From assembly GCA_964035545.1 (NCBI GenBank), contig OZ037765.1, positions 34,555,880 to 34,619,879 on the forward strand: a stretch of 64,000 nucleotides of DNA. The letters run 5' to 3'. Below are positions 26,301 to 38,300 of this stretch, in pieces (position 1 is the stretch's first letter; each line of letters opens with the position of its first letter). A program made the translations under genes and the position numbers. Under the pieces are notes generated by a model. That model ran no database searches. It was not told the DNA's origin and worked only from the letters and a program-made list of their open reading frames with translations. The DNA is from Bugula neritina (lineage: Eukaryota > Animalia > Bryozoa).

Positions 26301-29300
26301 GTATTTATAATACTGACGCACGCAGTTATTTCAGAATAATAGAGGATGAAAATCTATTACAAAAGAACGCAACATTAGTACAAGAAATATTACATAACTT
26401 CAGAATGCGTATTTCAGTAAAATGACATTATGTTGAAAGCTTTAACAGTAATTACCATACTTAGGCATTAGCAAGCTAGCTTACTTAACTATAATTACAG
26501 AATTAAAAACGATACGCAACAGTATTTATAATACTGTTGCACGCTGTTATTTCAAAACTAATAGAGGGTGAAAATCCATTACACTTTTATATCAAACTCA
26601 AACTGATTATTTATTTTTTCGTAGCCTTTCATTTCTTATTCTACTTATATTTTTTAGTGTTGCTAAATAAAAAATTAAAATGACCTGTTTTATAGTAGTT
26701 TTTCTATGAAAGAACTATAGCTAAAATGTTTCAGCTGAAACAATTAATATTATAAAATAAAATAAAAGTTGGTAGTGTCTACTTTAGGTAAAATGATTCA
26801 GTTGCCTCATTTTCAATTTAACTACATTTTAACTTTTTTTCAAGTCACTGCTACTCATTGTGCACATCAACTCAGTTGCTTACGTGCATCTTTGTATTCA
26901 GGATCACAAAGATCATACTGATACAGTGCAGCTGGTCAAGCTATTGTTATGTTTTTCAGATTTAGGGTTGATATGCTATCCAGAGAGCCTACTTATTTGC
27001 TATAGAACTGCACCAGGATAAGTCGAGTGAACGAGTATATTTTACACACAATTATACATTATAAAAACGATACAATACATCCAGACAAGTTATACATCTA
27101 ATCTATTTGACACTCTAGCTTCGACTGACTTAGCAGCGGGAAACTATAATTGCTGCTAACTATCAAATACGCCAATTGGCTATCCATTGTTCCGGGTCAA
27201 TTACGCGACCCTACATGTTGTGCTGCTGGTAGTTCCACGAACCACCACACCGCCCCCACCAGTAGAAAGCCGTCTTTCTGATATATATAAAAAAAACATT
27301 CATTAGTAACCGCATACATCAGTGGACAAAAATAATACATAATATACAGGAAGAGACATAATAATAGGCAGAGTCATTATAACAATCCGTTACCTACAAT
27401 TGACCAGCTATAGACGAGGAATACCGGCTAACTGTGGTGTTAGACAGGGAATAACCTGTCAAGCAGTCAAGCATTTACATGACATCTTGGTTTCTCCCAA
27501 GAGGCGAAGTTGCGGAGTACTCCGGGTAGCCGAACTAGAGTCCTTGTTGGGCACGCCGGTGCTTGGCTTGGCATGTACGCAGTTTCCGTTTCATACGGCA
27601 TACGGATCCCTTTAGCTGGAAGAGTCCTGTTGTAGTGTTAAGTAGATCTGGTGCCAGCTGGGTGAATTCTTCTTGCAATCGCAGGAGGCGTTCTTCTACT
27701 GTGGCCAGGCGGACTGGGTCTGGGGACGGTGTCCGTCTGCGGCGCATGGGGGGACTGGGGGACCTGGTTCGTCTCTTCGTCGGGGTAGGGGAGATCTCTC
27801 CTTCTTCTGGATATGTAAACTCCTCGGGGGTGTATGTAATCTGAAGGCGGTCAGACACCAACGGGGATTGTTGGCGGGTGTTGTCTAATACACGTTGGAA
27901 CCCCGAGGTCAGAACGGCTAACAGCATTGCCTTCTTCACCAGGGGTCGTATAAGTGTAAGGAACTCCGGGTAGAGCTTAGCGTCGACCACGTAGTTTTCT
28001 CCAAGGAAACAGCCCGTCGCTCGATGTCTGGTGACGGGGTAGGGATAAACATCGTTGTACCCGCAGGGGCAGAATGTTAGTAGGAGATGAGCATTGACGT
28101 GTAGTTTCAGGGAGCGGTGAGAGGCGCATTCTTCACCACAAATCTGGCATCTCGTCCGTCCTCTGGACCCCCAGGCCGTTTCTATTTCTTCCTCTGTTTG
28201 TGGAGACACCCACCGCCAACGGCGGCATAGTGGCTCAGGCCGGTCACCACTAGCATACTCCTCCGGATGCGGAGCGGGAAGTGTTCTATCCCGTACCCTG
28301 GTTGTAGCGGGTCGAGTGTAATCTGAAAAAGTTTCAACAGTGTTAATACAGTACACTGCCGTGTTGTCAGCTTGAATAGCTTGGCAACTCCTAATTCAGT
28401 TACCTCGTAGAGATTTGTGGTAGTGAATAGTCAGATAGAACACGTATTGCAATGAGATTATAAAAATCTCTAAGTCAAACTGAGTTCTTACTACGGTATT
28501 TCACTAACCTATCTCCAGCTCGATTGACTCAGTGAGTCGGAGCTGAGCGATGCAATCTAGTTTCGTATTAAGATATAGTTAACTCACCCCACGATCTGTT
28601 GTTGTAAGACATACTGAATGTGTGAAATGGTTTGAACTACTGCTTAGAAACACGTCTACTCCTGACTGCATCAGCGTATGAAAAGATCGAGCAACGTGGT
28701 TGGGGTGCGTGATTAAGACTTTGTGCACCCGGCGGATGAATTTTGTTTCTATTTCCGCCGATACAAAAGTTGATATTTCCGTGGTGTTGACAACTCCCAC
28801 ATTTGCTCGATACTTTTCTCGTACGGTTTTCCCCTAGACTTTCATACACGCCGCTTCTAACGCAGTCGCATATGAAGTCCTTCAAGTATGCGGGGGGTTG
28901 CCTCGTACGCTGTCCCCTTTCTAGGGGGGGTGACACGCTTGCCGGTTCGTTAGTAGGGGCCTCTAATGGCGTCTCTACTTCACCGTTAGCGGTCACCTCT
29001 TCTTGTTCTCCGGATGGAGCCCCTCCCTCCGTGGGGGTTTGCACTTCCGGAACCGGTTCGGTTTCTGGAAGTGATGGAATTAGACTTGGCGGTGGTGGAC
29101 ACGCTTCTGTTGACAAAAGCTGCCGCTCCTCTCTCACCAAGTTTTCTTCCCGCGGTATGACCACTTCGTATTCAGGTCCATGCCGCCGTCGCCCGCGCGT
29201 TGTTGTCTGCCTCCTGGGCTCTAACAACGGGGGGGGGCTTCTCCCACTCCGTCGGGGCTAGCCCAATACGGTTTCAAGCGAGACTCATTCTGGATAGACA

Positions 29301-32300
29301 CCTGTCCTGAGCGCTCAATCTTGTACGTATGGTTGGGCATAGCCTCGACGACCACGTAGGGGCCTACGAACTTAGGCTTCAGTTTATCAGCCTGTCCGCG
29401 ACGCCTACGGTAATTGACCATCCACACCTTATCTCCCGTTTGATAGAGAGGTGGTTCATCGGAATCTTCGTGCCGCACCTTCCACTGCTGTTGGCGCAGT
29501 ATATCGTGCGCGGCCTTCATCCGTTCCACTAGTTCACTGGCATACCCGTGAACCGAGTTGTCTTGCTCTGGAACGTGATAGGTGAGATGGTCAGGGACAC
29601 GAGTCTCTCTCCCGAGCATCAAGAGGTTTGGGGTCTCACCAGTATTGGTGTGTGGGGTGCTACGGTATGCACGCATGACTTGCGGCAACACCGTATCCCA
29701 TTCCTCTTGACTTCGTCCAAGGAGGAGACTCCGGAGTGCATCACCTAGCATCCGGTTGTTGCGCTCCACCACCCCGTTACCTTGAGGGTGGTAGGGGGTG
29801 GTCCTGCTCTGATTTACTCCCCAGAGGTGGCAAAGGTCGCTCATCAGTTGAGACTGGAATTGAGCGCCTTGATCAGAGTGTATCTGTTCGGGGAGCCCAA
29901 AATAACAGAATACATGTTGGTCTAGTGCCCTGGCCACTGTTGGGCTGACGCATCTGGGATAGCCAGAGCATCCGCCCACCTAGTAAAGTGGTCGGTTAGT
30001 ACTAGGATCCAATTTTTGCCTCTGGGGGTCAGGGGCATGGGTCCGACCAGGTCTACAGCGACTACTTGCCAGGGCCTACCAGCATATAGCCTCCGCCGTC
30101 CTGCTTCACCAGGGGGGCGGCTATGCTTACTGGCCTGGCAGATCTCACACTGTTTGACTCTGAGCCGGACGTCACGCTCCATTTGTGGCCAATACCACCG
30201 GAGTCGTAATTTGGACATCATTCTCTTGACCCCTGCGTGGGCCTGTTTGTGAGTATCCCAAATCAACTCACGGCAGATGGCCGTGGGGCAGACTACCCTC
30301 TTCCTTTCCGGGTGTCTGCCGCTGGCAGCTAGAGAGATCGTTAGTAACCCATCCTGCCCGATCCGCAGCGAGTCCCAACGCTGACAGTATAGCCGGAACT
30401 CGGCGCATCCCTGTCGTATGCGTTCCTCGCTGGGTCGTCGCCCTTCCCTTTTGGCCCGGTATATGTCTGCCACGACTCCAGGCAGCTCTTTTTGGAGCTT
30501 CTTCAGCTCTCGAACATTACCGGCCAGTACAGGGTTGGCGCGGAGGTTTTGTACACCCTCCGGGGACTCATCAACTCCTTGCCTGAGTTGACCCTGGTCC
30601 CAGTCAAACGGTGCTCCGTGGTGAGCCAGCGTCTCCAACTCGCATCGCGGGGGACCTCCATCCCTCCTCTCGATGTTGAGACACTGTTTGCAACCTCCGT
30701 CAGGTCGGCGGCTCAACCCATCCGCATTGCTGTGTCTTTTGCCCCGTCGATGTTCGATCCGGTATGATAATTCAGCTAGGATTTCGAGCCACCGGGCGAC
30801 CTGACTAGAGGGCTCTGCTCTCTTGCACAACCAGATCAGCGAGGCATGATCCGTACACAGCCGGAACTTCCTGCCATATAGGTATGGTCTGAAGTGCTTC
30901 ACTGACTTGATTACTGCCAGCAGCTCCTTGCGGGTAGTGCAGTAGTTTCGTTCAGTGGGTGAGAGAGACTTGCTGTAGTAGGCTACTACTACTTCTCGGC
31001 CTTCCTGCACTTGCGACAGCACAGCGCCAACATTTTGGTTACTGGCGTCGGTGTCGAGGATGTACTCCAGAGTGGGGTCTGGGTAGGCCAAGATGGGCGC
31101 CGTTAGTAGGCAGCCCTTGAGGCGGTCGAACGCTTCTTGTTCGACTGGGGTCCACTGCCACGTCACTCCCTTTGCGGTGAGCCGGTTTAACGGCTGTGCT
31201 ATGCCCGCAAAGTCTGGTATGTATTGTCTGTAATACCCTACCAGCCCCAAGAAAGCCCGGAGTCCGGTCAAGTCTTGGGGGTGACCCAGTCTTCTATTGC
31301 CCGTACCTTCTCGGGATCCGTTGCCACGCCGTTTCGACCGACAACGTGCCCCAGGTACTTAACCTCTGGCTGCAATAGAGCGCACTTAGAAGGCTTGAGC
31401 TTAAGACCGGCACCTCGGAGTCTCTCAAAGACCTCCTGCAGACGACTGACATGTGTCTCGAAGTCTGGGGAGATCACGATGACATCATCGAAGTAGATCA
31501 GCAGTGTCTTCCAATGGAGCCCGCTGAGGACTTGCTCCATCAGCCTCTGGAAGGTGGCTGGGGCGGAGGTCAACCCGAAAGGCAGCACCTTCCACTTCCA
31601 CAACCCGTCCCGTGTGATGAACGCCGCTTTCTCTTGGGCGTCGGGACTCAGAGGAACTTGCCAATAGCCGCTTAGCAAGTCTAACGTACTGAAGTACTTG
31701 CTGCCGGCCAGGGCGTCCAATGACTCGTCAATACGAGGTAGAGGGTAGGCGTCCTGTATGGTTACGCTATTGAGTTTGCGGTAATCCACACAGAACCGCC
31801 AACTGCCATCTTTCTTCCGGACCAGTACGACTGGCGAGCTCCACGCACTATGGGCGGGCTCTATCAGTCCCCGGTCCAGAAGATCCCGTACTTGTCGGCT
31901 AACCTCCTTCTCTTTCTCCGGCCCCAGCCTGCGTGTGGGCTGCCGGACAGGGACTGTCCCTGCAGTCAGCGGTATTTCGTGTCTGACAATTCCAGTCAGT
32001 CCCACGTCATGCTCTCCGCTGCTGAACACATCACCGTAGTCGCGTAGTAACTTAGCCATAACTTGGCGTTCTCTGTTACTCGCGCAGCCGCTACAGGCTG
32101 TGTCATACAACTCCCGGAGATGTGCGGGGACTGCCCCTCGCCCTTGAGTAGGGCACTGAGGGAGTGCCTCTGTCGCATCACCCAGCGACGGGCCTACGTC
32201 TTCCTCCTGAACAGAGTGAAAACGGCCCAGCATCGACCCAGCCGGGAGCTTGATAGACTCGGTATAGGGGTTGACGCACTGCACTAAGATCTCCCCTTGC

Positions 32301-35300
32301 TCAGTCAGCTGATTCAGACTGCTGGCAAGTTGGATCTTTTCGTGCGCGCCTTCAACTACCCCGAGTCCAGAGATCCGGCTATTATTCACCCTGCAGTGAA
32401 TGGTAGCCCGGGAGCGGCCTGGTATGATACGGTTGCGTACTATTTGCACACCTCCCACTAAAGGGCGGCCGAACTTGTCGACGCAGGCGAGTTCCCGCCC
32501 GGACATCATCATTGCAGATTTGCTAAAATCTATGTGACATCCGTGCCGTTTTAGGAACGGCATCCCGAGGATGGCATCCTCCTTGAGCTGACTGACGATG
32601 AACATCTCTTGGATCGTTTGATCACGGACTCGTCCCGTCAGCTCAATTATACCATAGAAGGGAAGGCACGACCCGTCAGCTAGGGTGCCGTACTCCCCTT
32701 CGTATGATTCCATCTCGCCCCTGACCCTAGCACTGAGGGTGTCGAAGAGTTGGCGGCTTAAGAGGTTCGTGGTACAGCCCGAATCAATGAGGAAAGTAAC
32801 AGCTTTGCCTTCCAGTTTACCGGGCAAAAAATAGCTGTTCCCATGGGGCTGCACCTGAACTCTCTCTTCAGGCCTTACTCTCGCAGGGAGTACCTCCTTC
32901 GCTTTGGGTCGCGAAGTAGGTCTCTTGGGGCGGTGGTAGGTAGGCCTCGGGGGTGCCGAGGCTAGATTCCCGGCTACCTTTGTGGGCTCCCATCCAGATT
33001 CTTGGGCTTGTAGCCCTGCGAATCTGTTGTGAAGGGGCATAGAAAAGGCAGCCGCGGGGCGAAGCCCCTTGCTGGTCCGTCGTGGTTGTTGCCACTGTTG
33101 GTTGCCAGTACGCGGTACCCGTCTGGGTGACCTGCGTTTCTTCTTTCCTGGGGTTTCATCGTCGGCCCGCAGGAGGTGGGAACATCTGCGGGCCGCGGTA
33201 GTTTAACCCCTGATTTAGGAAGGGACAGTATCGGCGGAAATGCCCTTGATTTCCGCACTCCCAGCAAAAGCTGACTGTTTCTCCCTGTGGCGGCGCCGGT
33301 GGCCGCATGGGCTCAGGGGCGGTACTCACTGGGGTTTGTGGTGTCAGTGTTGCTATCAGCTTGGCTAGCATGTCTGTCAGTTGAGTGACTTTCAATGCCG
33401 TCGCCAACTGGGACACGGCAGCCGCGGCGGGGGTTTCCTCCCCTTGTCCCGCGGCCGTGTCTGCGCGGTCTATCTCCACTTGACGGGAGCTTCCGCGACT
33501 TTTATGCATTTGATTAGCTAGGAGGTAAGCTTCCCCCTCAGTCAGAGCATCTTCAACGGTGGTGACTCCCCTAGCTAGAAACTGGTGGTGGAGACCCAGA
33601 TCGTCGACAGATGCTATGAAAGCGTCGAGGGTATACCTCTCGCGGTTGACTGGGGGCAAGTCGCTGTACGCGATCTGTGCCAGCTTCATGACCGCGGCGG
33701 CGTGCTCCCGCAGCGGGGTGCGGGGATCACGCCGCAACCTCTGCAATCGGGCCCTGGCATCTGTAGCAGAGAGGCCGAAGCGGGCCCGCAGAGAAGCAAA
33801 GATATTATCAATGTCTACGCCCAGCCCATAAGGCTTGGCTTTGTCCATCAATGCCATTCTAAGCTTCAGCAAGGCCACCCTAGGGGGCCACTGGGCGACG
33901 TCCATTACGTCGCTAAACTCTTGGATAAATTGTTCCACCTCCTCTTCACCCGTGAAGGTGGGCGCCTTTAACCGGTAGCGGTCTTCAGTTAGTTCTCGCG
34001 GAACCCTTCGCTCTTCTACTACATGGTTAACAGGCATTGTCTCTACAGCATTGTCTCTACGCTCACCTTCTACTGCCGGTGGTTGAGTTCCAGCATTCTC
34101 AGTCTCCATCTTGGATGCACTATCCCACCGCTGCCACCACTGTTATGTTTTTCAGATTTAGGGTTGATATGCTATCCAGAGAGCCTACTTATTTGCTATA
34201 GAACTGCACCAGGATAAGTCGAGTGAACGAGTATATTTTACACACAATTATACATTATAAAAACGATACAATACATCCAGACAAGTTATACATCTAATCT
34301 ATTTGACACTCTAGCTTCGACTGACTTAGCAGCGGGAAACTATAATTGCTGCTAACTATCAAATACGCTAATTGGCTATCCATTGTTCCGGGTCGATTAC
34401 GCGACCCTACATGTTGTGCTGCTGGTAGTTCCACGAACCACCACACCATGATAATTTCTATAAAAAAACGTACTTCCGCCATGAAAACTGCTTGAAATAA
34501 TTTTAAGATGCTGCTGACTAGCAAAATAATATGCTTCCTATAAATTTGCTTATTTTAACTAATTAATATTTATTATTATCAATATTACTAAAATATTGAC
34601 TATTTAATTTAGTTACAATGCCGTAATGTTTGCCATGTGCATTATGCCCGCGCTTTTTGCTTTTTTTCAATAAAAGCTTATTCACACGATCAACGAATTG
34701 GACAAATAGCGGACCAAAATGGCACGACGAATACAAATTTTGTTAGTTTTGGATCACGTGATCGGACAATTGCGTCAATTGCGCCAAACTAGCGTTCTTT
34801 GATTGGTCTGACAGCAGAAAAGTTTGTTCGTTTTGGACCACGTGATCGACTTTTCACAGTTTCGTTGGAACCTGACCCAGCTAGGTTTCAGCTGACGAAT
34901 TTTATCTGATCGCACATCATTGGCTTATTTAAAAAAGCAAAAAGCGCGGGCATAATGCACATGGCAAACATTGCGGCATTGTAACTAAACTAAATAATCA
35001 ATATTTTAGTAATATTAATAATAATAATTGCTAATTAATTAAAATGAGCAAATTTGTAGGAAGCATATTATTTTGCTAGTCAGCAGCATTTTAAAATTAT
35101 TTCAAGCAGTTTTCATGACGGAAGTACGTTTTTTTTTTATAGAAATCATCATAGCTTGACCAGCTGCACTGTATCAGTATGATCTTTGTGATCCTGAATA
35201 CAAAGATGCACGTAGGCAACTGAGTTGATGTGCACAATGAGTAGCAGTGACTTGAAAAAAGTTAAAATGTAGTTAAATTGAAACTGATGCAACTGAATCA

Positions 35301-38300
35301 TTTCACCTAAAGTAGACACTACCAACTTCTATTATATTTCATAATTGTTCCAGCTAAAAAGTCTTAGCTATAGTTTTTTCATAGAGAAACTACTATAAAA
35401 CAGGTCATTCTAATTTCTTATTTAGCAACAACAAAATTATAAATAGAATAAGTAATGAAAGGCTATGAAAAAATAAATAATCAGTTTGAGTTTGATATAA
35501 AAACACGAACATGGTGATGGTATTGCAGTTTCACGTGTCATTTTTATTTCCTTCTAACAGTCCAACTTTTGTTGAACATAAATCTACTAAATTTTTAGCT
35601 TTTGTTTAGCTAGTAAATTTTAAATTTGTCATCATTTAAATGTTTCATAGTTGATAATAATTATTTTATTGACGCAAAATTTTTAGCTGTTTATCGTTAA
35701 ATTTAACTAGTAACAACTTTACTAGTAAAAGCACTGTTGCTAAGCAACTATACACTACTATTGCGACAAAGAGGTGCGATGTTTGTTAGTTGGGCATTCG
35801 TCGGACCCAACGAACATAAAAACGTCGTGTGTGAATAAGCTATTGAAACATTAAGTATAGTGAGTATATAATTACCTGAGAGTTACTCGAAGTATATAGG
35901 CATGACACTGAAGTATCGAAAGAACAATAAAGTGGGGTCTGGCCGGCCAGGGGAAATACAAGGACCAAACGTATAGTACTGATTTATAATTAATTTATCA
36001 CAAAGTCTATCGGCGTGTTTATCTACTGTAGGCTGACATCTTTCATCTCGTAGTCTCTCGTTCGTCCTTGACCCAATATGTATTTTAATAAACAAATGCA
36101 CATGACATTATAACGTAGCATCTCGCTAGTCCGTAATTAGTGATAAACAAAAGACACATAATAATATAACATCTCCCTTCTTAAGCAGGTGACTTCCTTC
36201 TATAACATTGTGATTAAGGTTGCTGAGATTAATAATATGATACAAGTATACATGATTAATATGGATTGGGGATTAACAATGAAACTAAATAACTATGTAC
36301 AGGGTGGGAAACGGCTAATAGCTTATCCCATGTGGAAGTCCTTGTATTTAGCGGGGAGGACTCCACGGTTGCTTCTGGGTTGACGCTCTGGTGGTGGTGC
36401 CGCGTTCCTGAGAGGTGTTGCAGGCAGGGCAGGCATGTGGGGGGATTCATTAGGAGCATCCCCAACATCAGTATCAGCAGCATCAGCGACACTAAGGGTC
36501 TGTGTGTTATCTGGTTTGAGGTGAACACGATTCCTACGCACTATAGACTGACCGTTGTCAACCAAGTAGGATCTGGGGGAGTTATGCTGTTCGACAATCA
36601 TTCCTGGCGACCATTCTTTGTCAGTGCTTGACCTGATTAGTGCAGGAGTCCCAGGTTCCAGATCAGCCAACGGCCGTGCATGGCGGTCATGGTACTTCTT
36701 CTGCAAGTTTTGGTTGGCTATTAGCTGTTGGCTAGCCTCAATAACAACTGGTTTAAGCGACTCGGCAGTGATTGGCAAATCACTTCTTAGGGCTCTGTTG
36801 AACAGAAGCTCAGCTGGACTGAAAGCACAGCCAGTGATAGGAGATTGCCTGTATCTGAGTAGTGACCTGTATATATCCTCTCTTTCATCCTCACATTTTT
36901 TTAGAAAGGCTTTCATCGTTTGCACATAACGCTCAGCCATTCCATTGGACTTAGGGTAGTGCGGACTAGATGTCACAATGGTGAAGCACCAGCTTGATGC
37001 AAAAGTCTGCATGACTCTACTGCTGAAAGGCATGTTGTCCGCCAGAATGGACACTGGTACCCCGTGTACAGCAAATATGGATTTCAATGCCAAAACCACG
37101 TCTTCAGCAGTCTTTCTCCTGAGTAATCTCAGCTCGGGGAAGTGAGAGTAACAGTCCACAACTACCAACTACCAAGTAATCATTATTCTTATAGGACAGT
37201 ATATCCATAGCCACTTTATTTCATGGTAGACTTGGCAGCTCATGAGACATTAACGGCTCTTTCTGTTGACGGTTGGAAAACTTAGCGCAGGTGAGGCAAC
37301 TTGACACTTCATTCCGTATATCAGTAGATAGCCCAGGCCAATAGAATGATTTCCTCGCAAGCTCTCTGCATTTCTCAACGCCCAGGTGGCCCATGTGTAG
37401 CGACTTTAGAATGTGCTTCCTCTGTGACTTCCGAACTATAAGCCGCTCTTCAACGTAAAGAAATCCATCCACATCATAGATGTCAGATCTAACATTCCAG
37501 TAGGGTTGGATTTCTGTGGGGGCCTGACTCCGTCTACTCCATGACCAACCATCTTGCAGTGCTTTTTTCAGACTGTCCAGTGTCGGGTCTTCAGCATATG
37601 ACTGTCTCATCTCATTCATGGTGCTATCATCGGTTTCTAAGTCATGAACCATCACAACTTCACCTTCGAGATCACACTGATCATTTGTAACGCGCTGAAG
37701 GTAGGCTCGGGATAGTGTGTCAGCAATATATAAATACTTGCCCGGAACATATGTGAACTCAGCTATCCGGTATCTTTGTAGTCGCAGAAGTAGTCTTTGC
37801 AGCCTTGGGATGCCTTGTGCAACGACTTGTTCATTATCGGGACGAGAGGTTTATGATCCGTCTGTATGTGAACAGCACGTCCATAGAGGTAGCTGTGAAA
37901 GCGCTCACAGCCGAACACAACTGCTAGCAGCTCCTTATCTATTTGGGGATAGTTGCACTCAGTCTCAGTTAAGCTGCGTGAAGCGTATGCAACAGGTTTA
38001 CCTTCCTGTAGTAACACTGCACCAAGTCCCGACTTTGAAGCGTCAACTTGTAAATGCGCATCCTTGGTAACATCAAAATACTGCAAGACAGGTTCGGATG
38101 TAAGCAAGCATTTAATTACCTGGAAGCTTTCCATTTGTTCTTTGGACCACACCCACTGACTATCACTCTTCAGTAGCACTCTCAAGGGCTCAGTACAGGC
38201 TGACATGTTGGGTATGTAGGCTCTTAGAAAATTGAGAGTACCAATCAGTCTTTGTACTCCCTCTCGGTCTGTTGGGTCAGGCATGGCCTCAATAGCAGCT

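Noticed and set aside
5392-33971. Numerous plus-strand ORFs up to 328 aa over the retrotransposons
   Set aside because: Antisense shadows of GC-rich gag-pol with no recognisable motifs.
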